A stretch of 62,880 bases of DNA, the filler included, from Asterionella formosa (Eukaryota): assembly GCA_002256025.1 (NCBI GenBank). It is 9 parts of 9 records of this genome, joined end to end, with 100 filler letters (N's around TTAATTAATTAA, not from the genome) between each part and the next. Parts side by side here need not be neighbours in the genome. Positions count along the whole stretch, not along the records: positions 56,005 to 62,880 come from NKIB01012583.1; 8 more parts are not named here. One strand, written 5' to 3'. The position numbers and the translations under genes are program-made. The notes below the pieces were generated by a model. It was not told the origin of the DNA. It worked only from the letters and a program-made list of their open reading frames with translations, and made no database searches. Below are positions 62,059 to 62,880 of this stretch, piece by piece (position 1 is the first letter of the stretch; every line of letters starts with the position of its first letter).

Positions 62059-62271
62059 AGGTTCCCCACAAACAGAACTACAATATCTGTTCTCTCTCCC
62101 TTGTCTGCACCTGTGACGCTGCGGCTTTTAGGGTTAGGGTTCTCTCTCCCTTGTCTGCACCTGTGACGTTGCGGCTCTTGTTGGCGGTGCAAACCAGCAC
62201 TGTGCTCAACAATCAACCGTACAGCACCGTTTGCCTGTTCGCTTTCCCTGTCTCTCGGGCCTTCTTCCACC

Positions 62272-62880
62272 ATGACGACTACAATCGTTTCCGCTGTTTT
62301 CCCATTCCCTCATCCGCTCTTGACGCCAATCGAGGGCAAACCTACAGCACTCACTGTAACCCGCCTTCGCAAGGAACTCTTCGCCAACGCTTGCTCTATC
62401 CACTGTACCAGTGGTGGTGGTGCCAATGGTTTCCTTGGTATTGTCATGACTGCTGCTCCTTATCTTTTACATGCTGGTGAACCCTTTTTACCGCCCAAAC
62501 ATCCCGGCACCCAGCCGCCACACAGTGCTACTGCAACACAGTCCCAAATCACTGCTGCCAACCGTCTCTTTGACAACTCCCTTGACGCATTCCGCCGTTA
62601 CTCCCAAATCCGTGAAATTCTCCGACAACAAATTCTAACAGCCATTGACCCAACTTACTACAATGTTCTGGAAGATGCTACATTTGGATATGCAGACATC
62701 ACTGTTCTGACCTTGCTTGCTCACTTAGAATCTACATATGCAATGTTGAGTGTGGATGATTTAGAACTTAATCGCATGTGCTTGGCTGATCCTTGGACAC
62801 CAGAGGCGCCAATTGAACATTTATGGATCCGCATCAAACATCTTTGTGCCATTGCCAATGCTGGTGGGGAACCTTTCTCT
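62272..62880 (+). mobile_element. Ty1/copia (CoDi-like) gag, uninterrupted to the window end
   Basis: 203 open codons: FPHPLLTPIEGKPT...LRKELFANA.SI...GGGANGFLGIV, LEDATFGYADIT, HLESTY, PWTPEAPIEHLW. Missing from the ORF track because no stop is reached. Confidence 0.9.

Overview
Eukaryotic, almost certainly diatom, draft-genome sequence. The evidence is GT-AG introns, bipartite signal-plus-ASAFAP-type plastid presequences, a CoDi-type copia gag and a diatom-type LINE RT. The window is not one locus. It is nine ~6.9 kb contigs sorted by decreasing length and joined by artificial 100-bp N44-TTAATTAATTAA-N44 linkers, so adjacency across a linker means nothing. Apparently intact host genes are NTAQ1/WDYHV1, U1-70K (SNRNP70), a plastid-targeted thioredoxin-like [2Fe-2S] ferredoxin, a plastid heme oxygenase (HO1/HY1 type), a 4-exon secreted gametolysin (M11) metalloprotease and the first exon of a MORN-repeat gene. 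The rest is mostly decayed mobile DNA: PIF/Harbinger, Tc1/mariner-IS630-like, Mutator-like, Plavaka-like, Gypsy, Copia, LINE, MITEs and SINE candidates. The most interesting structure is a multi-copy TIR element with CGTCTGYAAATAAA ends, rebuilt from six contigs. It carries Plavaka-like transposase remnants and intron-containing accessory ORFs, cleanly truncates four different targets, and in one copy encloses a PGRL1 pseudogene (Pack-type gene capture). No CRISPR array, rRNA or complete tRNA was found. All family assignments come from motif recognition by eye, not database searches.
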